A stretch of 64,000 nt of DNA, taken from the NCBI GenBank assembly GCA_963841735.1, contig CAWJDT010000005.1, positions 254,620-318,619 of the forward strand. The letters are read 5' to 3'. This document shows positions 27,241 through 37,460 of the stretch, in pieces. The translations under genes were made by a program, and so were the position numbers. This DNA is from an uncultured Actinomycetes bacterium (GTDB lineage: Bacteria > Actinomycetota > Thermoleophilia > RBG-16-64-13). Each line of letters opens with the position of its first letter. Position 1 is the stretch's first letter. The notes below the pieces were generated by a model. It ran no database searches. It was not told where the DNA came from and saw nothing but the letters and a program-made list of their open reading frames with translations.

Positions 27241-27959
27241 GGACGCTCCCCGTTCTCGTAGGGGATCGGATCGGCGGCGCCGGCGACGGCGAAGGCCGCG
27301 CGCCGCGCCTGGCAAGTGTCGCAGACCCCGCAGGCCGGCCGGCGCCCTTGATAGCAGGAATGGGTCAACTCGTATGGCACCCCGTGGTCCAGACCCCAAC
27401 GGATGATGTCGGCCTTGGACCAGTGCGCGAAGGGCGCCTGCACCCGCAGCCCGTGCTGGGTACCAAGCCGAACGGCCTGGTCGGCCGCCTCGACGAACTC
27501 AGGCCGGCAATCGGGATAGCCTGTGTGATCGTCATGATGGACTCCCAGCCACAACACCGCGGGGCCGAACGCGTCCTGCACGGACGCCATGCGCGCTAGA
27601 AACAGCAGGTTGCGGGCGGGAACGTACGACGGAGCCACGCCCTTGGCTAGGGTAAGGTCGCGCCCTTCGGGCAGACAGACCTCGGCGTCGGTAAGGGCAG
27701 ATCCCGCTATCGAACCCAGATCAAGGACATGGTGCTTCATGGCCAGCGCTGCCGCCACTGCTCGAGCCGCCTCCAGCTCTACCGAGTGCTTTTGCCCGTA
27801 GAGAAAGGTGAAGGCTTCGATGGGTCCCCCGGGATGATGCTCGGCGATCCACACCGCCAGGGTCGCCGAATCTAGGCCCCCGCTCAGGAGTAGACAATGG
27901 GTCACCGCCGCCGGGGTGACCCCGTCCAGGCGCGTGAGCCCCGGTGCCCGCTCGCTCAC
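27237..27959 (-). CDS. queC: 7-cyano-7-deazaguanine synthase
   Basis: LSGGLDS, YGQKH..E, YVPARN, GYPDCRPEF, THSCY...CGVCDTC. Confidence 0.96.
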   Translation of the reverse strand: MSERAPGLTRLDGVTPAAVTHCLLLSGGLDSATLAVWIAEHHPGGPIEAFTFLYGQKHSVELEAARAVAAALAMKHHVLDLGSIAGSALTDAEVCLPEGRDLTLAKGVAPSYVPARNLLFLARMASVQDAFGPAVLWLGVHHDDHTGYPDCRPEFVEAADQAVRLGTQHGLRVQAPFAHWSKADIIRWGLDHGVPYELTHSCYQGRRPACGVCDTCQARRAAFAVAGAADPIPYENGERP

Positions 27960-28402
27960 GCCCTCTCCTCGAGAGGCTGCTGAACAGCGCGGCTGCCGTG
28001 TTCGGCCCTCACCACGGTCCTGATATTCCCCCGCACGGCGAAGTCGGCTATCACCCTCATCCAGCGGGGGTCCAGTAGCGCCACCAGCTCGTCAAGGATC
28101 TGGTTGGCGGCCGCCTCGTGCGAGATGGGGCGGTCCCGAAAGTCGTTGATATACAGCTTCAAAGACCTCAATTCCACGATCCAATCCCGTGGCTGATAGC
28201 GGATCTTGATGAGGGCGAAGTCCGGGAAGCCCGAGCGCGGACACAGGCAGGTGAACTCGGGGATGTCAAAGGAGATCAGGTATGGGCGCATGGTGTGAGG
28301 ATTTGGCCACCGCTCCAGCTTGTTCTCGCGGATAGTCGCGAGACCGTAGAGTCCCTGTTCGGGAAGTCCCTGCTGTTCGCCGGTGTTGGAATCCGCCTCC
28401 AT
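27956..28402 (-). CDS. queF: NADPH-dependent preQ0 reductase (short type I)
   Basis: PEFTCLCP.SG.PDFA, ELRSLKLY, ISHE, RGNI. Probable leaderless ATG 28402. Confidence 0.95.
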   Translation of the reverse strand: MEADSNTGEQQGLPEQGLYGLATIRENKLERWPNPHTMRPYLISFDIPEFTCLCPRSGFPDFALIKIRYQPRDWIVELRSLKLYINDFRDRPISHEAAANQILDELVALLDPRWMRVIADFAVRGNIRTVVRAEHGSRAVQQPLEERA

Positions 28403-28474
28403 TGGGGAAGTATACCTTGCTGCTATAGTGGCGGCAGCGAGGGCGACCTCGCCGGGTGAAGGGAGAGAAAGGGA

Positions 28475-28873
28475 ATGGACGACAAGGTCATCCGCAGAAT
28501 CCTGCTCTGTTACGACGGCTCCGACGGCGCGGAGAAGGCGGCTGGACTTGCCATCAGCCTGGCCCACAAGTACGACGCCACCGTCGTTGTGTGCCACGCC
28601 TTTGGGCACCTGCCCGTCACCTCAAAGCCGAGCGAAGTTCGCCGTTTGCTCAATCCGGTGATCGATAGGCTCACTCAGTCGGCGATAAAGACTCAGATCG
28701 CCATTTCCGACGCAGTGCCGGCCCAGGGCATTCTGGATACCGCCGACGAGCACCACGTCGACCTCATCATCATGGGAAGCCGCGGACGCGGCACCTTCGC
28801 CAATCTGCTGCTGGGCTCCACCTCCGAACGGGTGCTCCGCTACGCCAAGGTCCCTGTGTTGATCGCCCGATGA
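28475..28873 (+). CDS. universal stress protein
   Basis: ILLCYDGS, DLIIMGSRG, LLGSTSERVL, PVLI. Confidence 0.93.
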   Translation: MDDKVIRRILLCYDGSDGAEKAAGLAISLAHKYDATVVVCHAFGHLPVTSKPSEVRRLLNPVIDRLTQSAIKTQIAISDAVPAQGILDTADEHHVDLIIMGSRGRGTFANLLLGSTSERVLRYAKVPVLIAR

Positions 28874-29619
28874 AGCGGAGCGACCGCCGTTGGCTCTGGC
28901 TGCTGGCCTCGGGGCTGGCGGCAGCCTCCCTCATCCTTTACGCTGTCCAGATAGCTATCTTCCGCACCGCCCGCGATACGTTCTTCTACATATTCCAGGA
29001 CCTAGCCTTCTTGCCGCTCACGTTGCTTGTGGCGGGCCTCGTGGTCGAGCGACTCATCTCACTGCGCGAGAAGAAAACGATCGTCCACAGGATGAACATG
29101 GTCGTCGGAGCCTTCTTCAGCGAGTTGGGCTCGCCCCTGCTGGCCGAGTTGCTTCCGGCCATGTCCTCCGCCGAGGAGATCAGGGAGCGACTCCATCTGC
29201 AGACTACGTGGACAAGAGAGGACTTCCGCGGCGCCTTCAAGTTCGCGCACACTCTGAAATGCGACATCGACCTGGGCCGCATAGACCGCGAAGCACTGAA
29301 AGCGCACCTCATTGAACAGCGCACTTTCATGCTCCGCCTGCTTGAGAATCCCAACCTCATGGAGCACGAGCGCTTCACCGACCTGCTGTGGGCTGTGTTG
29401 CACCTCGAGGAGGAGCTAGAAGCACGCGTTTCGTTGACCGACCTCCTCCCCACCGACGAAGTCCACCTGCAGGTGGACGTGCGCCGCGCCTACAACGCGC
29501 TGCTCGCCGAATGGGTGCTCTACGTCGAGCACCTCAAGGCCGACTACCCTTATCTCTTCTCGCTGATAGTGCGGACGCATCCCTTCCAGGACGCGCCCTC
29601 AGCCGTAGTCAAGCAGTAG
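28870..29619 (+). CDS. membrane protein of unknown function (2 TM plus helical domain)
   Basis: ATGA overlap with usp. Two N-terminal TM segments and an LLENPNLMEHE.FTDLLWAV region. Confidence 0.75.
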   Translation: MKRSDRRWLWLLASGLAAASLILYAVQIAIFRTARDTFFYIFQDLAFLPLTLLVAGLVVERLISLREKKTIVHRMNMVVGAFFSELGSPLLAELLPAMSSAEEIRERLHLQTTWTREDFRGAFKFAHTLKCDIDLGRIDREALKAHLIEQRTFMLRLLENPNLMEHERFTDLLWAVLHLEEELEARVSLTDLLPTDEVHLQVDVRRAYNALLAEWVLYVEHLKADYPYLFSLIVRTHPFQDAPSAVVKQ

Positions 29620-29809
29620 ACACCCAGCGACGGGCCGCGGAGCCATCACGCCCTCACGCGGCGTGGAGCAGAACCGCCGCCCGCCCAATCGCAAGCCTGG
29701 TTGCTGCCCGTAGGCGCGGCTGATATCTTGAGATGTTGCCGGACTGCTACGGCCCCTCGCTGCCGTCATCCGGCCGAGCTGGGCGACACAGAGCGAAGGG
29801 AGGTTCGGC

Positions 29810-30493
29810 ATGAGACATGTATGGATCGTCTGGCTACGCTACGTTCTCGTTGGCCTTGTGTCGGCGACCTTGATGGTCGCCATCTCCGGATGCAGCGGAT
29901 TCGGTTGCGGGTGCGATAACGAAGACGAAGAGGCGCGCCAGGCCCTTCTCCACGGCACTCTGGTCTCTATCGATCCCGGAGACATCCATGAGACCGACAC
30001 CACAATCCCAGCGTCCTCATCAGGAACCACCGTCACCTGCCCTGATACCGGTGAGCCGATTTCGAACGGCACTTCCCCCGGCCAAGGCTTCTCCGTTCCG
30101 AACGGCACCGTGCCGCCCCTACCCTCCGTCAGTGACAACCCCGGGGTGGACATGATTACCAACTGGAAGTACTTCTTCTACGGCCCCACTCCGGTCTCAA
30201 CTAAGGTGCAGCTTCTCGAGAACGGCCAGCAGCATGTCGGGGAACTGACCGACTTTGCCGCGACGCCGTTTGCCGCGGGCCTGCACGCGGACGTGACCAA
30301 GTCCTCGTGGACTTCGGGCGAGACAACAGGCCAGGTGATCTACGACCTGTTCATGGATGGAACCACCCTCGTCACGGGCGGGACAGGCACCATGATCCTT
30401 GAGGACAAGGTGTGGAAGGTATCGGAGCAGTCCTTCCAGGAGTTGCTGACTCTGCAGCAGGAGTCGTCGGCCTTGTCCACCAAAACACCGTGA
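29810..30493 (+). CDS. putative lipoprotein
   Basis: GGGAGG RBS, signal peptide with ISGC lipobox, Pro/Thr/Ser linker, compact C-terminal domain ending WKVS. Confidence 0.75.
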   Translation: MRHVWIVWLRYVLVGLVSATLMVAISGCSGFGCGCDNEDEEARQALLHGTLVSIDPGDIHETDTTIPASSSGTTVTCPDTGEPISNGTSPGQGFSVPNGTVPPLPSVSDNPGVDMITNWKYFFYGPTPVSTKVQLLENGQQHVGELTDFAATPFAAGLHADVTKSSWTSGETTGQVIYDLFMDGTTLVTGGTGTMILEDKVWKVSEQSFQELLTLQQESSALSTKTP

Positions 30494-30550
30494 TAGACAA
30501 CGACGTAATAGAATCCATCGACATCCGACCGCGATGAGGGAGACAAACCC

Positions 30551-32179
30551 ATGCAGCTAGTACATGCCATCAGGTCACGCGCCGGCGCGAACAAGGTGCT
30601 GCTCCTGCTTACGGCTATCCTCTTCCTCACCTTCCTCGATACCACCATCATGAGCGTCGCCGCCGTCGACCTCCAGGGGACCCTGCACACTTCGGTCTCC
30701 GACCTGCAGTGGATCATCAACGGCTACGCCCTGATGTTCGCTGCCCTCATGCTCGCCTTCGGCACTTTGGGCGACCGACTGGGCCGCAAACGGGTGATGC
30801 TGGGCGGAGTCTTGGTATTCATCGCCGGGTCGGTGTTCGGTGCCTTGGCACCCAACACCTGGTCCCTGGTGGCAGCTCGGGGCGTCATGGGCATCGGCGC
30901 CGCCGCGTGTGAACCTGGGACTCTCTCCGTGCTTCGTCAGATCTACCCGGAGCGCGGCGCCCGAGCCCGCGCCATCGGTTGGTGGGCGGCTATGGCCGGT
31001 CTCGCCCTGGCCATGGGACCCGTCATCGGCGGCATCCTGGTGGGCCTCGGTGGGTGGCGGGCCATCTTCTGGTTCAACCTAGCCGCCGGAGTGGCGATCT
31101 TCTTTGCGGCCAAGGCGATAATCCCCGAGAGCGCCGACCCCGAGACGGGCAAGACCGACTGGGTGGGGTATATCCTGGGGCCTGTGGCGCTCGGAACCAT
31201 CGTGTTCGCCATCATCATCGGCGAGACGGCCGGATACTTCTCTGGCAAAGTGCTTGACCCTCTTCGCCGTGGGCGCGGTCGCTCTGGGCCTGTTCATCTT
31301 CGCTGAGTCCCGAGTCAAGACTCCCATGCTGGAGGTCAAGTACTTCCGACGAGCGCCCTTCTCGGGCTCGCTGACGGTGGCCTTCGCCACCTACTTCGGG
31401 GTCTTCTCCATCTTCTTCTTGACTGCCATCTACCTGCAGGTGGTGCTTCACTACTCGGCCTTCCGCCTGGCGGCCCTCTTCGTCCCGATGGCGCTGGGCA
31501 TGATCATCGCCTCTTCGTTCGCCGGCCGATGGGTGGCTGAGCGCGGCGCACGAACTCCGGTCACCTTTGGCTGCCTAGTCGCGGGTGTAGGCGTGCTGCT
31601 GACCGACTTGGCCCTGCTACCCGCCCCCGCCGACGTCCATTTCGCCCCCCTGGTGTTGGCCCTCACCGTCGCCGGCATCGGCTTCGGGGTCGCAGTGGTG
31701 CCGATCACCACCGTCGCGCTATCCGCCCTGCCCGCCCGCCACTCAGGCATGGCTGCATCGGCCACGACCACCACGCGCGAGGTCGGCACCGTGATCGGGG
31801 TGGCAGCTCTGGGCTCGCTCTTCAGCGGAAGGTTGACCAGCTTCCTAACCCAGCGCCTGGTGGATCTGGGCTTTCCCGTGGAAATGAGGGAGCCGATAAT
31901 CACGGGCGTCCTCACGGGTCAGATCACCCTCGATCTTGACCCAAAGTACCTCCCGGTGATCCAGAACCCCACTATAGAGGTAGCTGCGCAGGTGGTCAGC
32001 ACCTTCCCAGCAGGTGAACAAAGGGCCGCCGCCGAGTTGTGGCCAATGGCATCGTGCAATCTACGCAGGCGGCATTTGACGCCGTACATAACGGGGTGAG
32101 CTGGTCGCTTATGGTGGCGGGATGCGTCATCCTGGCCTCGGGCATAGTGGCCTTCTTCACCTTCCCCAGAACTTCCTGA
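30551..32179 (+). CDS. MFS transporter, DHA2 type (apparent frameshifts near 31255 and 32040)
   Basis: LDTTIM, LQWIINGY, GDRLGRK, WRAIFWFN motifs continue into ORF 31254..32099. The final TM is in another frame ending TGA 32179. Confidence 0.85.
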
Positions 32180-32277
32180 CCGTCGTAAAAGAGAGAGGAC
32201 CCCACTCGCCACCTGTGAGGCCCTCTCTGCATGCCCTGCGTAGGACGCGTCGGCTCCCTAGACCACCGTCGGCACCC

Positions 32278-33969
32278 TTAGACCACCGTATACTTGGGCC
32301 CGCCCCCGCCCTCCGGCGGAACCCACTGGATGTTCTCGAACGGGTCTTTGATGTCACAGGTCTTGCAGTGGACGCAGTTTGAGAAGTTGACCTTGAGGGT
32401 CTTTTCCCCGGTGGACTCGTCCACCGTCATCTCGTAGACACTCGCCGGGCAGAACCTCACGCAGGGATTCTGGTATTCCTCGGCGCAGCGGCCATAGCAG
32501 ATGGCCAGGTCCTTCACCTTGAGGTGACAGGGCTGAGCCTCTTCGTGGATGGCCCCAGAGTGGTAGACGTCGGTCTCTTTGTCAAACGTCAACTTGCCGT
32601 CGTACTTGATGTCACCGATCGCCACGTCGGACGGCGTGACAGTGCCGTGTCGGTCCCCCACCCTCTGCATGTGGGTGTGATCGGGCATAGCCGGCAGTCT
32701 CTTGCTGATGACGCTCCCCCCCAAAGCAAACTGCGCTCCCGCCGTCAGCATCCCCCGGTACAGACCGCGCGTCATGGCCTGGTGGAAGTTGCGCACCTTG
32801 TAGAGATCCTTCATCTCGGCGCTTTCGGCCAGGGCCTTGCCGTAGCCCGCCAGCCGGGCGTCGGAGAGGTCGTCGACCACCAAGCCGGCGAATATGGTCT
32901 CGGCGGCAAGCATCCCTGAGCGCATAGCGATATCGATGCCCTTGATCTTCTGCGCGTTGAAGAGATTGGCCCCGTCGCCGATGAGCAGGCCGCCGGGGAA
33001 GGACAGCTCCGGTATGGAGTAGTAGCCCCCCACCGGCACCGTCTTGGCGCCGTACTGCACCACCTTGCCGTCCTTGAGCAGAGCGGCCACAAGCGGATGC
33101 ATCTTGGACTTCTGAAACTCCCGATGCGGGTCGATGAAGGGATCGCCATAGTCAAGGCTGGTGAGCTGGCCGACGGAGACCATGTTGTCGGTCATGCCGT
33201 ACACGAAGCCGCCGCCAAAGGCGTCGCTCTCCAGCGGATATCCCAGAGAATGGATGACCTCACCCGGCTCGAGCCTTGCCTCGGGCAGTTGCCACACTTC
33301 CTTGACCCCGACTTCGAACCCGGGCGAGTTCTTGCCCGTGTCCAGCTTGAAGCGCGCTATGACATCCTTGGTCAGATTGCCCCGCGAGCCTTCGCCGAGC
33401 ACGGTGACCCGGGCGTGCAGGTCGGTGCCGGGCTCGTAGTTGGGCTTCTTGTCGCCCTTGGCGTCGACTCCGCGGTCGCCTGTGCGCACCCCGATGACCC
33501 GGCCCTCTTCATAGAGGACCTCCACCCCAGCGAAGCCCGGGAACACATCGACTCCGTTCGCCTCCACCAACTCGGCCATCCACTTGTTGAGCCGCGACAT
33601 CGAGACCACGACGTTGCCCTCGTTCTTCAGCGGCGGCGGAGTGAAAGGTGCCTTGATCTTGCCGTTTCGAGTGAGGAAGTAGATGGACTCCTTCGTAACC
33701 TCGCCCTCGAGCGGCGCGCCCTTCTGCACGTAGTCGGGAACCAGCTCCTTGAGCGGGCCCGGGTCCATGACCGCTCCCGAGATCCCGTGGGCCCCGACGG
33801 TGAAGCCCTTCTCCAGTACAGCGATACTCAGCTCGCCGAGCTTCTGGCCCTCACCCTTGGCGTTATGGGCTTTGATCAGGCCCGACAGATGGAGCGCGCT
33901 ACTGAGTGAGGCGATCCCGCCGCCCACGTACAGCACGTCGACATCCATAACCTCATGTTCGTCGGTCAT
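32278..33969 (-). CDS. electron transfer flavoprotein:quinone oxidoreductase
   Basis: FAD motif VGGGIASL, ISGAV, GVKEVW, KIKGI and C-terminal 4Fe-4S motif RFCPA...NCVHCKTCDIKDP. Confidence 0.95.
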   Translation of the reverse strand: MTDEHEVMDVDVLYVGGGIASLSSALHLSGLIKAHNAKGEGQKLGELSIAVLEKGFTVGAHGISGAVMDPGPLKELVPDYVQKGAPLEGEVTKESIYFLTRNGKIKAPFTPPPLKNEGNVVVSMSRLNKWMAELVEANGVDVFPGFAGVEVLYEEGRVIGVRTGDRGVDAKGDKKPNYEPGTDLHARVTVLGEGSRGNLTKDVIARFKLDTGKNSPGFEVGVKEVWQLPEARLEPGEVIHSLGYPLESDAFGGGFVYGMTDNMVSVGQLTSLDYGDPFIDPHREFQKSKMHPLVAALLKDGKVVQYGAKTVPVGGYYSIPELSFPGGLLIGDGANLFNAQKIKGIDIAMRSGMLAAETIFAGLVVDDLSDARLAGYGKALAESAEMKDLYKVRNFHQAMTRGLYRGMLTAGAQFALGGSVISKRLPAMPDHTHMQRVGDRHGTVTPSDVAIGDIKYDGKLTFDKETDVYHSGAIHEEAQPCHLKVKDLAICYGRCAEEYQNPCVRFCPASVYEMTVDESTGEKTLKVNFSNCVHCKTCDIKDPFENIQWVPPEGGGGPKYTVV

Positions 33970-33991
33970 TGCCGCATCCTCCCCAGGTTCG

Positions 33992-34981
33992 TCAGGACGC
34001 CGCTTTGCGCCGGCGGATCTCTTCGGTCAGAGCGGGCACCACCGTGAGCAGGTCGCCCACCACGCCGTAGTCGGCAAAGGAGAATATGGGCGCGTCGGGG
34101 TCACGATTGATGGCCACGATGCACTTGGAGGTCTGCATGCCGGCCCGGTGCTGAATGGATCCAGAGAGACCGCAGGCAATGTACAACTGGGGTGACACGG
34201 TCTTGCCGGTCTGCCCTATCTGGAACTGGTGATGCTTCCATCCTGAGTCGACAACGGCCCGCGTTGCGCCCACGGCGGCGCCAAGTTCGTCGGCCAGGGC
34301 TTGGATGAGGGCGAAGTTCTCGGCGGTGCCCACGCCCCGCCCTCCGGCGACGATCACCGAGGCCTCCTCAAGGCTGACAATGCCGGCGTTTTCGCACACC
34401 ACGTCGACCACTTTAACGAGAAGCCCGGTAGCACCGAACTCCACCAGCAGCGGCACGACCTCGGCGTCGAAGGGCGCTTCCTCGCGGGCGAACACATTCG
34501 ACCGCACAGTGGCCACCACAGGGCTGACGGTCGCCTCTTTGTCCACGATCACGCTGCCGCCGAAGCAGGGGTGCGTCACTGTCACGCGGCCGTCTTGGGC
34601 CTCGATGCCGGTAATGTCCACCAGCAGACCCGAGCCCAGCCGGGCCGCACAGGCGGAGGCGATGTCCCTACCGTCCGGCGAACCCGAGCAGAGCACCACA
34701 GCCGGATCGGCCGCCTTGACCGCGGCCACGGCTGCGTCGACGAAGGGGCCGGGCCGGAAGACCGCGGCCTCCGGGCTCTCCACCACATAGACCTTCTCGG
34801 CGCCATAACGGGCCGCCTGAGCAGCCAACGAGCCGGTGTCGGCGGCGATGACCACGACGCTCACCGGTCCGCCCACCGCTCCACTCAGAGCGCGGGCCCG
34901 GGTGATACTTTCTAGAGTGACGTTGGCGAACTTGCCGTCTTTGGCCTCGCCCACGACCAGGATGCCTTTTTTGTCGTTCAC
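33992..34981 (-). CDS. etfA: electron transfer flavoprotein alpha subunit
   Basis: VAGGRG, GATRAVVD, QIGQTGKTVSP, GLSGSIQH, AINRDPDAPIF. Confidence 0.96.
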   Translation of the reverse strand: MNDKKGILVVGEAKDGKFANVTLESITRARALSGAVGGPVSVVVIAADTGSLAAQAARYGAEKVYVVESPEAAVFRPGPFVDAAVAAVKAADPAVVLCSGSPDGRDIASACAARLGSGLLVDITGIEAQDGRVTVTHPCFGGSVIVDKEATVSPVVATVRSNVFAREEAPFDAEVVPLLVEFGATGLLVKVVDVVCENAGIVSLEEASVIVAGGRGVGTAENFALIQALADELGAAVGATRAVVDSGWKHHQFQIGQTGKTVSPQLYIACGLSGSIQHRAGMQTSKCIVAINRDPDAPIFSFADYGVVGDLLTVVPALTEEIRRRKAAS

Positions 34982-34997
34982 TGGTGTCTCCCCCGGC

Positions 34998-35774
34998 CTA
35001 GATATGCTTCGCGGTGGTCAAGAAGTCGGCGATCTTCTGGGCGCCGCTGCCGTCGTCCTCTACCTTGACGCCCGCCTGGCGGGGCTCTGGAGAGCGGCCT
35101 GACAGCACCCGAGTCTTGGCTCCGGACAGTCCCAGCTGGCTCGTGTCAAGAGAGAGCGCCGCGCAATCCTTGATATCCAGAGGCTTCCGCTTCGCGCCCA
35201 TGATGCCTTTCATCGAGGGGAAGCGCGGATCGTTGATGCCCTTGACCACAGAGAGAACAGCCGGGGTCGGACACTCGTAGGCGATGTAGCCCTGCTCTGT
35301 CTCGCGATGAACGGTGAGCTTAGAGCTCTCGACCTCCACCTTGGCCAGTACCGACAGCAAGGGGACCCCAAGCAGCTCGGCGACGGCGGCCGGAACGCAA
35401 CCGGTCTCTCCGTCGGTGGAGCGGACTCCGAAGAGCACCAGGTCCCACTCAAGGGTCTTGAGCGCCTCGGCCAGCGCATAGGCCGTGCCCTGAGCGTCGG
35501 AGCCGGCAAGCGCGGCATCCGTCACCAGGAGGGCGCTGTCGGCCCCCATAGCCAAAGCTTTGCGGATGGCATCCTCCGCCTTCTCCGGCCCCATGCAGAC
35601 CACCGCTACTTCGCCGCCGTGAGCCTCCTTGATGCGAAGGGCTTCCTCCACCGCGTACTCGTCGTACGGGTTGAGGATGCAGGTCACGTTGCGATCAAGC
35701 CGCCACGAAGAAGGATCCAGCTTGACCTCAGCCTCTGTATCTACCACCTGCTTAACACACACCGCTATGTTCAT
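34998..35774 (-). CDS. etfB: electron transfer flavoprotein beta subunit
   Basis: VCVKQV, NPYDEYAVEEAL, ALAMGAD, NDPRFPS. Confidence 0.96.
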   Translation of the reverse strand: MNIAVCVKQVVDTEAEVKLDPSSWRLDRNVTCILNPYDEYAVEEALRIKEAHGGEVAVVCMGPEKAEDAIRKALAMGADSALLVTDAALAGSDAQGTAYALAEALKTLEWDLVLFGVRSTDGETGCVPAAVAELLGVPLLSVLAKVEVESSKLTVHRETEQGYIAYECPTPAVLSVVKGINDPRFPSMKGIMGAKRKPLDIKDCAALSLDTSQLGLSGAKTRVLSGRSPEPRQAGVKVEDDGSGAQKIADFLTTAKHI

Positions 35775-35870
35775 CAGTCATCCATTTCTTTTCGTGAGGC
35801 GAACCCCGCCCCGATGCGCCCGGGCCGCAGGTGCGTACATGATAGTGCAGAGAGCGCCGAATGGGGGAGG

Positions 35871-37358
35871 CTAGTCCTCCGGAAGCAAGAACTTCGCCAG
35901 ATCGACGTCGGCGAACGGCGAACGCTCGAACCGCTCCTTCAGCGCATACGGCACCGTGCAGTCGAAGATAGTCTTGCAGCTGATGCTGGAGTCCCGAAGC
36001 ATCGGGTTGAATTCGGGGGTAGCCGAAGGATCCAGCGTGTGGCACTTGACCCCCGGGATGAAGATGGTGCTGATGTCGCCCTGGAAGCGCGTGGTCATGG
36101 CCCACATCACATCGGCGGAGTCGTAGAGGTCCACGTCCTCGTCAACCAGGATGACGTGCTTGAGTTCCGAGAAGGCCGCGAAGGCCACTATGGCCGCCTG
36201 GCGCTGCCGGCCCTCGTCGGTAGGCAGCCGCTTCTTTATCTGCAGGATGGCCAAGTACTTGCCCCCGCCGCCTGGATGGCAGTAGACGTTCTGCAGCAAC
36301 CCAGGGATGGCATCCTCTACAAGCCGGTAAATGCTGGCCTCGGTGGGCAAGCCCGCCAGGGTGACATGCTCCTCCCCCGGACCCACAAGTATCTGTAGGA
36401 TGGGGTCGGTGCGCATGGTGATACCCGTGACCCGCAGAACCGCCATGTCGTGTTGCGCCTGTCCCACGTATCCGGGAAACTCGGGCATAGCCCAGCCCGC
36501 CCCGGTGTTCTCGTCCTCTTCAGCCCTCTCTCCCGGCCGGAACTCCCCCTCCAACACGATCTCGGCCCGGGCGATCGCCTTCGCCCCCGGCTGAGTCACG
36601 CATTGCACCAACTCCACCGGCCGGCCCCGCAGGCCCCCGCCGATGGTCAACTCATCGAAACCCAAGGGCGTGGTGGGAGCCTCGAACGAAGTGGCCACGT
36701 AGATGGCAGGATCCACACCGATGCTCACTGAGACTGGCAAAGGCTTGCCCGCGGCCTCCGCTTTCAGCCGGAACTCATCTATGTGCCGGCCCGGGGTGAA
36801 GCTGACGCTCAAACGGTCCGGCCCCAAGACGCACATGCGGTGGATGGTGACGTCGGAGACGCCGGTCTCCGGGTCTTCGGCCCGCATGAGCCCCATGTTG
36901 AAAAACGGTCCCGCGTCGCGGGCGGTGCTGGTGATAGGCGGTATGATCTTGTTGATATCGATGGCCGACTCGAAGACCACCTCTTGGCAGGGAGCCTTAT
37001 CCCGAGTCACGACCACTGGAAGGACGGGCCGGTTGAGCGCGTCCAGCAGGTCGAAGGCCAACCGTTCCGGGGTGCTTCCCAATAGAAGCGCAGTCCTCTT
37101 GCGGCTGGCAAGAACGCCGGCGACAACGGATACGGCAAAGCCCTTGACGTTCTCGAACAACATGGCCGGGCCGATCTTGGTGGGCGGAGCCACCGGAGTC
37201 CCCGCACCGACACGCCGGTAGACCCCGGCCACTTCCAGATAAGGATCAACCTCGACCTTGGTCGAGACGAGTTGGCCGGGCGCCTGCGCCAAGAACGCGA
37301 GAGCAGTGCGTAGATCCGTTATATCGGAGGCCTTGATCGGCCCTGGCTCACTGGACAC
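35871..37358 (-). CDS. UbiD-family (prFMN-dependent) decarboxylase, aromatic-acid type
   Basis: DAGPFF, DVTIHR, AEIVLEG, PEFPGY, ILVDEDVD, HTLDPS, KTIFDCTVP. Confidence 0.92.
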   Translation of the reverse strand: MSSEPGPIKASDITDLRTALAFLAQAPGQLVSTKVEVDPYLEVAGVYRRVGAGTPVAPPTKIGPAMLFENVKGFAVSVVAGVLASRKRTALLLGSTPERLAFDLLDALNRPVLPVVVTRDKAPCQEVVFESAIDINKIIPPITSTARDAGPFFNMGLMRAEDPETGVSDVTIHRMCVLGPDRLSVSFTPGRHIDEFRLKAEAAGKPLPVSVSIGVDPAIYVATSFEAPTTPLGFDELTIGGGLRGRPVELVQCVTQPGAKAIARAEIVLEGEFRPGERAEEDENTGAGWAMPEFPGYVGQAQHDMAVLRVTGITMRTDPILQILVGPGEEHVTLAGLPTEASIYRLVEDAIPGLLQNVYCHPGGGGKYLAILQIKKRLPTDEGRQRQAAIVAFAAFSELKHVILVDEDVDLYDSADVMWAMTTRFQGDISTIFIPGVKCHTLDPSATPEFNPMLRDSSISCKTIFDCTVPYALKERFERSPFADVDLAKFLLPED

Positions 37359-37460
37359 GGTTGCTCCTATCTTCGACCCCCGTCGGCAATACCCAGCAGG
37401 TTAGTCCAACAACCGATGCGCGACAAGCGGCCGGCCAACAACGGACTCCCGGAGCGTGGC

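Noticed and set aside
24366-28402. que genes as a 7-deazaguanine DNA-modification (dpd) defence system
   Set aside because: No dpdA or tgt-like gene is in the window, and queF points to ordinary queuosine precursor synthesis.
32259-32289. 11-bp direct repeat TAGACCACCGT at the end of the ETF:QO gene as a target-site duplication
   Set aside because: Only 9 bp lie between the copies and there is no associated mobile element.
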